Positions 18,640 to 28,655 of a DNA stretch of 46,442 nt are shown here, in pieces. Source of the stretch: an uncultured Gammaproteobacteria bacterium (GTDB lineage Bacteria > Pseudomonadota > Gammaproteobacteria > SZUA-229); assembly GCA_965368175.1 (NCBI GenBank), contig CBDULX010000002.1, positions 1-46,442 of the forward strand. The letters are read 5' to 3'. Made by a program: the position numbers and the translations under genes. A model generated the notes under the pieces. That model had not been told where the DNA came from, searched no databases, and saw only the letters and a program-made list of their open reading frames with translations. Within the stretch, counting starts at the first letter, position 1. The number at the start of each line of letters is the position of its first letter.

Positions 18640-20025
18640 CTAAAGATCAGCAACAGCTGCTTTATTCTCAACAGGAAGCCTGATTGTAAAGGTAGAACCT
18701 GATCCTACTGTGCTTTCTACTTCTATCTTTCCATGGTGCTTCTCGATAATAGTATAGGACAATGACAAACCGAGCCCAGTGCCTGAACCCACAGGTTTAG
18801 ATGTATAAAATGGGTCAAAAATCCTGTTGATTTTATCTTCAGGTATCCCTGTGCCGGTATCCTGTATTTTAATCCAGACAAAATCATTAGATAATCCTGT
18901 CGCTATTGTTATAGTGCCATGCTTCTCGATTGCATGTGCAGCATTTACAAGTACATTCATAAAAACCTGGTTAATTTGTGAGGCAATACATTCGACTTCA
19001 GGTATTTCACCGTAATTTTTAATTATGTCCGCCTTATATTTTAGTTCATTATGTACAATATTTAGAGTACTATCGAGGCCTTTATGAAGGTCGGCCCATT
19101 GCATCTCCATATCATCAACATGTGAAAAGTCTTTAAGATCATTTACTATTTTTTTTACTCTTGACACACCCTCCAGAGACTCGTCGATTAATGAATGCAA
19201 ATCTGTTTTAATAAAATTAAGATCTACATCTTTGATTTTTTTGGCTAAAGTATTTTTAAGTTCTATATTATCTGATTGAGATTGTTCGTAATATTCTGAA
19301 AATAAATCAATTACTGAAATCAAATCAGATGCATAGCCTTTCAGGCTTGCCATATTTGAATTTATATAACCAACAGGATTATTGATTTCATGTGCCACTC
19401 CAGCCGCTAGCTGACCTATAGATGCTAATTTTTCAGACTGAAGTAATTGATTATGGGCTTCTTCTAGTTGTTTATTTAATTTTTTTTGTTGATTTAGCAG
19501 TTCCTGAGACTGATCAAGTAAACGTGCATTTTCAACTGCTAATGCCGTGAAATGAATAATATTACTGCCTTTTTTCAGGTCCTGTTCTGTAAATGAAAAC
19601 TCCTCAGAGTCTTCGTTGATACTAATGACGCCAACGAGTTCATTTTCTACTAATAATGGCCAGCACATTGATGAGCGATTTTGTGCGCTTTTTTTGCTAT
19701 TGGTCATAATATTTAGTTTATTATCTCTGAGATCTCCATTTAATAATAATGGTTTTTTATTTTCTGCAACCCATCCAAGCACAGCGGATCCAAACGGAAC
19801 TACATTCCCAATGGCTTCTCTGGGTAGACCGATACCCGCGATTATTGTCAGACTCTTATTGTCAGGATTAGTGTGGGCTATACAGCCAGTATTAGCATTA
19901 AATGCAGTTATAATATATTTAAGCAACTCCTCTCGTGCAGATTCTTTTGCATCTGAAGATGATGCCTTTTGACCTAATCTATATAAATTATAGATCCATG
20001 CAAGTGTTATAGTAGATTGTGACAT
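18640..20025 (-). CDS. soluble GAF-domain sensor histidine kinase
   Basis: 461 aa with no TM segment. N-terminal GAF-like domain and a coiled coil. H-box AAGVAHEINNP, N-box NVLVNAAHA, G1 DTGTGI, G2 GSGTGLGLS. Confidence 0.9.
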   Translation of the reverse strand: MSQSTITLAWIYNLYRLGQKASSSDAKESAREELLKYIITAFNANTGCIAHTNPDNKSLTIIAGIGLPREAIGNVVPFGSAVLGWVAENKKPLLLNGDLRDNKLNIMTNSKKSAQNRSSMCWPLLVENELVGVISINEDSEEFSFTEQDLKKGSNIIHFTALAVENARLLDQSQELLNQQKKLNKQLEEAHNQLLQSEKLASIGQLAAGVAHEINNPVGYINSNMASLKGYASDLISVIDLFSEYYEQSQSDNIELKNTLAKKIKDVDLNFIKTDLHSLIDESLEGVSRVKKIVNDLKDFSHVDDMEMQWADLHKGLDSTLNIVHNELKYKADIIKNYGEIPEVECIASQINQVFMNVLVNAAHAIEKHGTITIATGLSNDFVWIKIQDTGTGIPEDKINRIFDPFYTSKPVGSGTGLGLSLSYTIIEKHHGKIEVESTVGSGSTFTIRLPVENKAAVADL

Positions 20026-20165
20026 GTAACAGTTGTCTCGGTTGATTATCTATAAAGTCCTGTATCTTCTAAATATGAATGATTCCATAATATATCTATT
20101 AATAGTTAAGTCGTAATTGATAAATAAGAATCACTGTCATTAAATCGTGCATACTTATTACTCAT

Positions 20166-21479
20166 TTATGACTTTATATAGATTACAAGTTCTTCATTAA
20201 GTGAACCTTCAAGATTCTTAATCTGTTTGATCATATGCTCTCCTAGCCTATGCCCCTCTGATAATAGTAAAACTCCATCATTTGTTAATAAGTCCCTTGC
20301 AAGTACCATATTTTGTTCTAATTTTGATGCAGGCATTAATATAACTTCCTGCTCCTTAATGTTATTGTCTTTCTCATTAACATTTATAATACTAAAAAAT
20401 ATATCAACTAATTCTGGATCATATCTTGAGTTTTTATTTGCGGAGATAAATTCCATTGCTCTAGAGTTTGTTAGCCTTGTCTTTGTAATCGCCCCCACCT
20501 GTAAAGCATCAAAATCACTCACGATAGCTAAAATCCTTGATCCTACAGGAATATCGCTACCAGATAATTTGTCTGGATATCCTTTGCCATCAAATCGTTC
20601 CCTGTAATTACGAATAATTTTTGCAGCTTCCTTCAGCGGCTCTATCGCCATCAGAATACCTTCACCAATAACAGGGTGTTTAGCGAATGTGTATTGATTA
20701 TCCGGCGATAAGCTAGATTGTGGTTTGTTAAGTAAATTATCCGGAAATCCAATTTTACCAATATCGCGTAATAAACCAGCATAGGAAATCTGTTGGGCAG
20801 ATTCTTTTGTTAACCCGTATTTTATTGCCACTGCTTTAGAAGTTTCAGATACTATTTTTGAATGACCACTTAAAGTACCAGCTCTCATTTCTATTATATT
20901 TGAAAAAACTTTAACTGTAGATGTATAACTTTCCTTTAATGTTTCATAAGAAGCTTCCAGCATACCCATAGTCTGATTTAGTTCAGAGGTCCTTGATTTA
21001 ACCATGGATTCGAGATTAGTATTGAATTCCTTTAGTTCTTCATTTTGCTTACTGGTCAAGGCAAGCAGCCTGTCTCTTTCAAGCTCTATCTTTTTACTCT
21101 CGATTGCATTTCTTACAGTTTGCTTCAGGTCATTTTCTTCCCAGGGTTTACTTATATATTTATATATATTGCCTTTATTAATGGCATCTATTGTTGAAGA
21201 TATTTCTGAAAACCCCGTGAGCAGTATCCTGACTGTGGACGGCCATTTATTATAAACAGCTTCGAGAAATTGCGCACCATTCATTTCAGGCATTCGCATA
21301 TCTGAAACTACAAGACTAATATTTTCAGTCTCCATAATTTCAAGTCCCATTCTACCACTATTAGCAAGGTGAATATCATAGCCCTCACTTCTAAATAAAC
21401 GATTTAGTGACGACAATATGTTTTTTTCATCGTCTACAAATAGTATAGAAACTTTATTTTCTTCGATATTTTCAGACAT
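20166..21479 (-). CDS. response regulator: REC plus degenerate HD-GYP domain plus ~60-aa C-terminal module
   Basis: REC is intact (VDDE, VVSDMRMP, SKPW). The HD-GYP scaffold is present (GHSKIV, KHPVIG, DGKGYP, SDFDAL), but HD reads RD (LLRDIGK) and HHE reads YRE (NYRERFDGKGYP). Confidence 0.88.
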   Translation of the reverse strand: MSENIEENKVSILFVDDEKNILSSLNRLFRSEGYDIHLANSGRMGLEIMETENISLVVSDMRMPEMNGAQFLEAVYNKWPSTVRILLTGFSEISSTIDAINKGNIYKYISKPWEENDLKQTVRNAIESKKIELERDRLLALTSKQNEELKEFNTNLESMVKSRTSELNQTMGMLEASYETLKESYTSTVKVFSNIIEMRAGTLSGHSKIVSETSKAVAIKYGLTKESAQQISYAGLLRDIGKIGFPDNLLNKPQSSLSPDNQYTFAKHPVIGEGILMAIEPLKEAAKIIRNYRERFDGKGYPDKLSGSDIPVGSRILAIVSDFDALQVGAITKTRLTNSRAMEFISANKNSRYDPELVDIFFSIINVNEKDNNIKEQEVILMPASKLEQNMVLARDLLTNDGVLLLSEGHRLGEHMIKQIKNLEGSLNEELVIYIKS

Positions 21480-21572
21480 AATTATTATTCTGCCTGTGAG
21501 TCAGGTTGATTAACAAGTGCGATGTATCTGTAATTAGACATCATCGACAGCCTGTATAATTTGTGTTCACAA

Positions 21573-21739
21573 TTAAGGGCACCTCTATCAATTCTGAATA
21601 TGTCAGATTAAGATTTAAAATTCGCCAGATCAGGACGCGAATCGCATGTAATAGCAAGCTATTGCATAGATTAGTAACGTAGAGATAGTAAATTTTAAAC
21701 TCAATATGCTTATTCATGAATTAATAGAGGTGCCCTTAA
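21573..21739. repeat. ~167-nt imperfect palindromic element with 16-nt perfect terminal inverted repeats
   Basis: TTAAGGGCACCTCTAT (21573-21588) is the exact reverse complement of 21724-21739. The arms pair imperfectly for ~50 nt. An inner hairpin ATGTAATAG-caag-CTATTGCAT lies near the centre. Confidence 0.75.
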
Positions 21740-22572
21740 GTATTAATATTTATAAAACTTTCAGTTATAGCTTCAATCATGGATAAATTATCTTCAATTA
21801 ATGAAATATTAATATTATCCTTTTTAAAAATAGAATCATCTTTTACAGGCATCAATGAATTATCTACAGTACTGTATCCCAGGCCATGACTGGTTATATC
21901 AGATAACATCAAGATATCGGTTAGATTAATATCTGAATCAATATCTACTGAATTATGGTGAGACCTTATGACCCTGCATATATCAGCTGGAAGCTTCCAG
22001 TTTTCACAGACCACAGCGCCAATCTCACAGTGATCTGTATCCAGTATCTTTTGTTCTGCTTCAATAAATAAACAGTCCTCACTGTTTTTATAATCCAGTA
22101 CATTTTTGTACATATCAGGAATATAATAATCAAAAATCATTTTGCCTATATCATGCAGTAAACCACTTATGAATGCGACATCTTCATTAAGCCCAGATAT
22201 TTTTGAATACACCTTTGCAGCAGCTGCTGTGCCTACTTCGTGTTCCCATATTTTCTTGAAATCAAGATTATTACCGTAGTCACCTTTAAATCTACTCATT
22301 ACCGCAGAGGACACAATCAGGTTGCGTATTGTATTTATTCCCAGCACCAGGCACGCTTCTTTTACATTTGTTATTTCACCTGGCATACCAAAAAATGATG
22401 AATTAGCAAGTGACAGTATTTTTCCTGTCAATCCTGTATGCTGAATTATTTTCTTTTCTAAAATAGTAAAATCTATATTTTCATTAGCATTAATTAAATT
22501 CAAAATCTCAACCACTTCAGGCGACAAAGGCGGTATCTGATTAAGCTTATTAAGTATTTTCTTATCAGTCAT
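21736..22572 (-). CDS. HDOD-domain signalling protein
   Basis: 278 aa. Contains LPPLSPEVVEILNLI, SSFFGMPGEITNVKEACLVLG and GLLHDIGKMIFDYY, which are hallmarks of HDOD. Confidence 0.85.
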   Translation of the reverse strand: MTDKKILNKLNQIPPLSPEVVEILNLINANENIDFTILEKKIIQHTGLTGKILSLANSSFFGMPGEITNVKEACLVLGINTIRNLIVSSAVMSRFKGDYGNNLDFKKIWEHEVGTAAAAKVYSKISGLNEDVAFISGLLHDIGKMIFDYYIPDMYKNVLDYKNSEDCLFIEAEQKILDTDHCEIGAVVCENWKLPADICRVIRSHHNSVDIDSDINLTDILMLSDITSHGLGYSTVDNSLMPVKDDSIFKKDNINISLIEDNLSMIEAITESFININT

Positions 22573-22897
22573 TATCTGTATCTATATTTTTTACTCTGAA
22601 ATTAAAAAATACCTGCTTCAATTGAATCATTGCAGGAAAATCTACAAGGTATTTAAATTTTAGATCCAGTTCTTTCTTTATGCCTGCTTTAATCTCAAGG
22701 GCCTGTTCCGGACTTAATGTTATATTTTCATATATAGATATTTGTTGTATATTCCTTTTTTTCAGACCATCAATAACCCCAATAGTGAGCACACTACCTG
22801 TAGGTAACAGGCATACCCCTAGTTTATCAATCACATCACTTGCCAACTGCATCCCTGTTTCTGCATTTTCCATATCAATAGTGATGATTTTTTTCAT
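22565..22897 (-). CDS. 110-aa protein related to the C-terminal module of the REC-HD-GYP protein
   Basis: 2 nt after the REC-PAS stop, with an 8-nt overlap with the HDOD start. GMQLASDVIDKLGVCLLPTGSVLTIGVIDGLKK aligns with NMVLARDLLTNDGVLLLSEGHRLGEHMIKQIKN of ORF 20166..21479. Confidence 0.6.
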   Translation of the reverse strand: MKKIITIDMENAETGMQLASDVIDKLGVCLLPTGSVLTIGVIDGLKKRNIQQISIYENITLSPEQALEIKAGIKKELDLKFKYLVDFPAMIQLKQVFFNFRVKNIDTDND

Positions 22898-22899
22898 GG

Positions 22900-23721
22900 T
22901 TATGTAGTCACAGGGACGATTGTAATGACAACTCCACCAGTACCTGCAGTAGAATTCATTTTCTTGATTATAATTCTGTTATCTTTATGCCTACACTGCA
23001 GTATGTTTTCAGTATCGATACCATGCAGAGTTTCAAAACACGTTTTTATTTCTTCAGGCAAAACCTGCATGGCATTCTGCGTTATTAAGCCACCCTGTGC
23101 TACAGATAGAAGTTCATGGGCTTTATCATTTGCCACTACAATTATGCGTTCGTCAGATATTCCCAATACACCAACAGGCTGCTGGTTCATGACTTGTTGT
23201 GTTATTTTTAAGACCTGTGATTCTATTTTTGATTCTCTGTTCTGTTCCACCACTCTATTTTCAAGTACTTCATTGAGCCTTTGTAATTCATTATTCAAAC
23301 GCTTGTTTTCACTTAAAAGCCTGAAGTGAGTAAATGCTTTACTGATGTTCTCCCGTAACAAATCATCTTCCCAGGGTTTAGTCAGGAATTTGTATATTGC
23401 ACCTTGATTAATTGCTTCAGTAATGGAATTTAGATCTGTATATCCACTCAGAACCATACGTATGGTGTCCGGGTAGAGCTGCTTTACCTGACGCAGAAAT
23501 TCGACGCCAGACCCTTCAGGCATGCGCTGATCAGAAAGAATTACCCCTGCTGTATTGCTTTTCAGGATCTCAAGACCTTCATCTGCACTCGAAGCAGTTA
23601 GAATGGTATAGCCGTCTTTGCGGAGAAGCCTTACCAGAGCTTTCAGTATGTTTTCTTCGTCATCAACGAGTAAAATGGTTTTTTCGGCATCCTCTTCTTT
23701 TAATGCACCTTTACCATTCAT
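22900..23721 (-). CDS. response regulator: REC plus coiled coil plus PAS-like C-terminal domain
   Basis: REC motifs VDDE, ILSDQRMP and TKPW. It is the same receiver subtype as ORF 20166..21479. The ~110-aa C-terminal domain is PAS-like and no DNA-binding domain is present. Confidence 0.8.
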   Translation of the reverse strand: MNGKGALKEEDAEKTILLVDDEENILKALVRLLRKDGYTILTASSADEGLEILKSNTAGVILSDQRMPEGSGVEFLRQVKQLYPDTIRMVLSGYTDLNSITEAINQGAIYKFLTKPWEDDLLRENISKAFTHFRLLSENKRLNNELQRLNEVLENRVVEQNRESKIESQVLKITQQVMNQQPVGVLGISDERIIVVANDKAHELLSVAQGGLITQNAMQVLPEEIKTCFETLHGIDTENILQCRHKDNRIIIKKMNSTAGTGGVVITIVPVTT

Positions 23722-23916
23722 CCCAGGACTCCATCAGGTTTTCTGGGAGTATAGTCGATAAACAGGAATTCTACCTTTTGTCAGAATTTCTCAGGATTAT
23801 GTGATTTGAAGATGATGTGTGTCGATAACATAATCAATTTCTTATGTTATCGTAAAGAATGGTTCTCGCTGCTGCCCTTCCCTGGGCAAAATTAGAGGTT
23901 CCCTGCGAGATTGAAT

Positions 23917-24855
23917 TTATGGCAAATTGTCGACCGGAGTCTCTTCCTTGGCTTCTTCAAGAAAATCGTGTTTGCTTATATTCATCATTAATAAGGCAGT
24001 ACTGGCTACATAGATAGATGAATAGGTACCTATCACTATACCGACAATCAACGTGAAGGCAAAACCGTGTATGACTTCACCACCCAGGAAGAATAAAGCC
24101 AGTAATACCAGTAAAGTAGTCATCGAGGTCATAAGGGTTCGTGACAGGGTCTGGTTGATGGACATATTCAAAATATTCACAGGAATAACTTTACGTTGCG
24201 CACGGAAAGTTTCCCTGATTCGATCAAGCACCACCACAGTATCATTCAACGAGTAACCAATCACCGCCAGGATGGCGGCCAGAACTGTCAGGTCAAATGC
24301 CATTTGAATAATGGAAAAAACGCCTATAGTGATGATGACATCATGTATTAAAGCCAGGATAGCACCCACGGCGGATTTGAGCTGGAATCGAAAACCAACA
24401 TAAATCAGAATGCCGAACAGTGCGATCAACATGGCCATTCCACCCTGCTCCCTGAGTTCCTCACCTACCTGAGGGCCGACGAACTCAACTCGACGCATAT
24501 CTACAGTTTCATCAGATACCGATTGTAAAACAGCCAGTACCTGGGTAGTCAGACCTGCGCGGTTCACCTCATCTCTGGGCGCCAGTCGAACGAGAATATC
24601 CTTCGAGGTACCAAAATGCTGAACCTGGGTATCCTTGAACCCACCATTGACAAGAGCTGTTCGAATGGGTTCCAGCATAACCGGCTTCTGATATCCCACT
24701 TCAATCAGATAACCGCCGGTAAAATCAATGCCGTAGTTGAGGCCTCGCGTGCTGATACTGGCGATTGAAATAATAATCAACGTCAGCGAAAAAAGCAGGG
24801 AAACTTTTCGCTTACCCATGAAATCTATCGTGGATTTACCTTTAAAAAATTGCAT
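23917..24855 (-). CDS. secF: protein translocase subunit SecF
   Basis: 312 aa. Motifs GIDFTGG, DVIITIG and SLNDTVVVLDRIRE. Lies immediately downstream of secD. Confidence 0.95.
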   Translation of the reverse strand: MQFFKGKSTIDFMGKRKVSLLFSLTLIIISIASISTRGLNYGIDFTGGYLIEVGYQKPVMLEPIRTALVNGGFKDTQVQHFGTSKDILVRLAPRDEVNRAGLTTQVLAVLQSVSDETVDMRRVEFVGPQVGEELREQGGMAMLIALFGILIYVGFRFQLKSAVGAILALIHDVIITIGVFSIIQMAFDLTVLAAILAVIGYSLNDTVVVLDRIRETFRAQRKVIPVNILNMSINQTLSRTLMTSMTTLLVLLALFFLGGEVIHGFAFTLIVGIVIGTYSSIYVASTALLMMNISKHDFLEEAKEETPVDNLP

Positions 24856-24868
24856 ATCCGTTTACACC

Positions 24869-26731
24869 CTATATAGAGAGTTTTTGTACATTACGACCGC
24901 CATAGGTCAGATTAACCAGAGCTCGAGTGCCCATAATGGCAGTAAACATGGATGTCATAATACCGATAGACAGGGTCACGGCAAATCCCTTGATTGGACC
25001 TGTGCCAAAGCTGAATAACACGATGGCTGCGATCAGGGTCGTGATATTGGCATCGGCAATTGTGTGTACCGCCTTACCAAAACCTGAATGAATACTGGCC
25101 TGTGGAGAATTACCGTTTCGCAATTCTTCACGGATACGCTCAAATATCAGAACATTGGCATCGACTGCCATACCTACCGTTAGCACAATACCTGCAATAC
25201 CTGGCAAGGTAAGTGTGGCCTGTAATAATGACAGAATAGCCATAATCAGCACCATGTTAATGGTGAGTGCGATATTAGCCAGTATGCCGAATGTACGGTA
25301 ATACACAGCCATGAAAGCCATGACCAGAATGAAACCAATGATCACCGAGTTGAAGCCCTGCTTGATGTTATCTTTACCCAGACTTGGGCCGACAGTACGC
25401 TCTTCGACAATTTCAACAGGAGCGCGCAGCGCGCCGGCACGTAATAACAGCGCGAGGTCACGGGCTTCTCCGGACTGGAGTCCGGTAATCTGGAAGTTTT
25501 TACTGAATACACCCTGAATAGTCGCCACATTGATGACTTCTTCAGTTCGAGTTCGAACTTTTATGTCTTTACCATCAACATTACGGGTTTCCACCTTGTT
25601 TTCAATGAACACCACTGCCATTGGTTTTTTAAGATTTTCCTTGGTGGTTTCGCCCATGTGCTTGGCGCCCTTGCTATCCAGGCGTATAGATACAGCGGGT
25701 GAACCAGATTGACTATCAATCGTCGATGAAGCATCGGTTATCTGGTCACCGGTAACAATGACCCGACGTTTCAGTAAAACAGGATCACCATTACGCTCAT
25801 GGTAGAGTTTAGCGTTAAGCGGTATACGACCGGTACGTTCTGCATCCTGCCAGTCGTTATAGTTACCCTGTGCCAGTCGGAATTCCAGTGTGGCTGTGGC
25901 ACCCAGGATCTCTTTGGCTCTCGCAGTGTCCTGCACACCAGGAAGCTGTACCACAATACGGGAATCACCCTGCTGCTGTATGACCGGTTCAGCCACACCC
26001 AGTTCGTTAACACGATTACGCAAAGTAGTTACGTTCTGCTGAATGGCAGAGCGTTTTTCATTACGAATCGCCACTTCTGTTAGCCTGGCGACGAGCGTAA
26101 GAGATTCATCATCCGTGGTGTATTCGAGATCATCGAATTCACTTTTCAGCGCAACACGACCTTTTTCCATATTATCCGCATCGCGAAACTTGATCCGAAT
26201 ACCAGAATCGGAACGGCTCACACCCAGATAACGCACTTTTTCACTGCGTAAATGACTGCGCATATCCGAAACCAGTGCTTCTTCCAGGCGTTTGATGGCA
26301 GACACCATATCCACTTCCATCAGGAAATGGACACCGCCGCGCAAATCCAGACCCAGGTACATGGGAGAGGCATTTAGCGCCTGTAACCAGTCCGGAGTGG
26401 CCGGTGCCAGATTAAGTGCAATGATGAAATTACGGTTTTTCTCGAACATGTCGAGTTGCTTGATTTTGTCTATACCAGCTAACTGTTCATCTTCAGAAGG
26501 AAAACGAATGAGAGTCCTGCCCTGATTAAGTTCGAACGATGTGTAATTAATTTGGGACTGTTTCAACAGTTCCTGTATTCGGTCACTGGTGGCCTGGTCT
26601 ATGGCCTGATTTCGGAGAGAAATAAGTACTGAAGGATCCTCCCCATACATATTGGGCAATGCAAAAACAAAGCCGAAAACCATGACCACCACCAGTAACA
26701 GGTATTTCCATAAAGGATATTGGTTAATCAT
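24869..26731 (-). CDS. secD: protein translocase subunit SecD
   Basis: 620 aa. Motifs LGLDLRGGVHF and GMAVDANVLIFERIREE, with a large periplasmic domain. Confidence 0.95.
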   Translation of the reverse strand: MINQYPLWKYLLLVVVMVFGFVFALPNMYGEDPSVLISLRNQAIDQATSDRIQELLKQSQINYTSFELNQGRTLIRFPSEDEQLAGIDKIKQLDMFEKNRNFIIALNLAPATPDWLQALNASPMYLGLDLRGGVHFLMEVDMVSAIKRLEEALVSDMRSHLRSEKVRYLGVSRSDSGIRIKFRDADNMEKGRVALKSEFDDLEYTTDDESLTLVARLTEVAIRNEKRSAIQQNVTTLRNRVNELGVAEPVIQQQGDSRIVVQLPGVQDTARAKEILGATATLEFRLAQGNYNDWQDAERTGRIPLNAKLYHERNGDPVLLKRRVIVTGDQITDASSTIDSQSGSPAVSIRLDSKGAKHMGETTKENLKKPMAVVFIENKVETRNVDGKDIKVRTRTEEVINVATIQGVFSKNFQITGLQSGEARDLALLLRAGALRAPVEIVEERTVGPSLGKDNIKQGFNSVIIGFILVMAFMAVYYRTFGILANIALTINMVLIMAILSLLQATLTLPGIAGIVLTVGMAVDANVLIFERIREELRNGNSPQASIHSGFGKAVHTIADANITTLIAAIVLFSFGTGPIKGFAVTLSIGIMTSMFTAIMGTRALVNLTYGGRNVQKLSI

Positions 26732-26741
26732 ATTGGTTCCG

Positions 26742-27083
26742 TTAGTCTGCTTTCTGTTCCTTGATGGTGCCTTTCGGCATAAGTGCGCCTATAGACGCCT
26801 TCTGGATTCTAATGGTGGTATTGTCTGCAATTTCCACAGCAACGAAGTTTTCACCAACATTAGTAACCTTACCCAGAATACCACCCTGAGTGACTATCTC
26901 ATCGCCCTTGGTTATGCCCGCAACCATTGTGCGATGCTCCTTGGCACGTTTGCTCTGTGGGCGAATCAGGAAGAAATAGAACAGGAAAATCAGACCCAGC
27001 GGAAACAGTAATGCGGTAATCGGGTCACCACCCTGCGCTGCTGGCGCGGCTTCTGCCATGGCATCAGTAATAAAAAAACTCAT
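26742..27083 (-). CDS. yajC: preprotein translocase subunit YajC
   Basis: 113 aa. Contains FYFFLIRPQSKRAKEH and GDEIVTQGGILGKV. Confidence 0.93.
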   Translation of the reverse strand: MSFFITDAMAEAAPAAQGGDPITALLFPLGLIFLFYFFLIRPQSKRAKEHRTMVAGITKGDEIVTQGGILGKVTNVGENFVAVEIADNTTIRIQKASIGALMPKGTIKEQKAD

Positions 27084-27150
27084 AAGCTATCCCCTAAATT
27101 GATTGTTCCTGGCAACCGATTATTGCCCGGTTAAAAATTTGTGTGGCGTA

Positions 27151-28287
<1,137 letters not shown>

Positions 28288-28408
28288 TTATAGTGCAAGG
28301 CTATTGTAACCGTTTTAACAGGCAAAATATCTGATAAATTGAATTTATGGATACTGCATAGACAAAAAACACCCTGAATCAGCCGTTCAATATATCAAAA
28401 TCAAAAGA

Positions 28409-28505
28409 TTTGCCACAGAGTCACAGAGCGCACAGAGAAAACAGTCGTGGTTGTATTAGGGCGTACTTATAAAAAACTCTGTGTTCTCTGTGCCTTTGTG
28501 GCAAA
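28409..28505. repeat. imperfect palindrome built from CACAGAG heptamer repeats
   Basis: Left arm TTTGCCACAGAGTCACAGAGCGCACAGAG has CACAGAG at 28414, 28422 and 28431. Right arm CTCTGTGTTCTCTGTGCCTTTGTGGCAAA is its near reverse complement. The loop is ~39 nt. Confidence 0.7.
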
Positions 28506-28590
28506 GTTTTAAATTTTTTAATCAGTCTGCTTATGGCTAATAGCGGACACAATATTTACACACATTTAGCCACATAGTTTATCAAGGTAA

Positions 28591-28618
28591 TTGTATCCTG
28601 TAGCCGACCCGATATAAT
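28591..28618 (+). promoter_or_regulatory. candidate sigma70 promoter for the aminotransferase gene
   Basis: TTGTAT (28591-28596), 16-nt spacer, then perfect TATAAT (28613-28618). About 38 nt upstream of ATG 28656. Confidence 0.3.
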
Positions 28619-28655
28619 CTACCCGCATTTGTTAAGCGTAACCTCAGGAATCTAT

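Noticed and set aside
23821-23852. Hairpin CGATAACATAA-N8-TTATGTTATCG between secF and the REC-PAS gene, as a secF terminator.
   Set aside because: No U-tract follows it on the minus strand. It may be an operator or an incidental palindrome, and support is insufficient to call a feature.
28409-28505. Whether the CACAGAG repeats represent a small CRISPR array.
   Set aside because: The repeat units are only 7 nt and spaced 8-9 nt apart, arranged as one inverted repeat. There are no spacers of CRISPR size and no cas genes.
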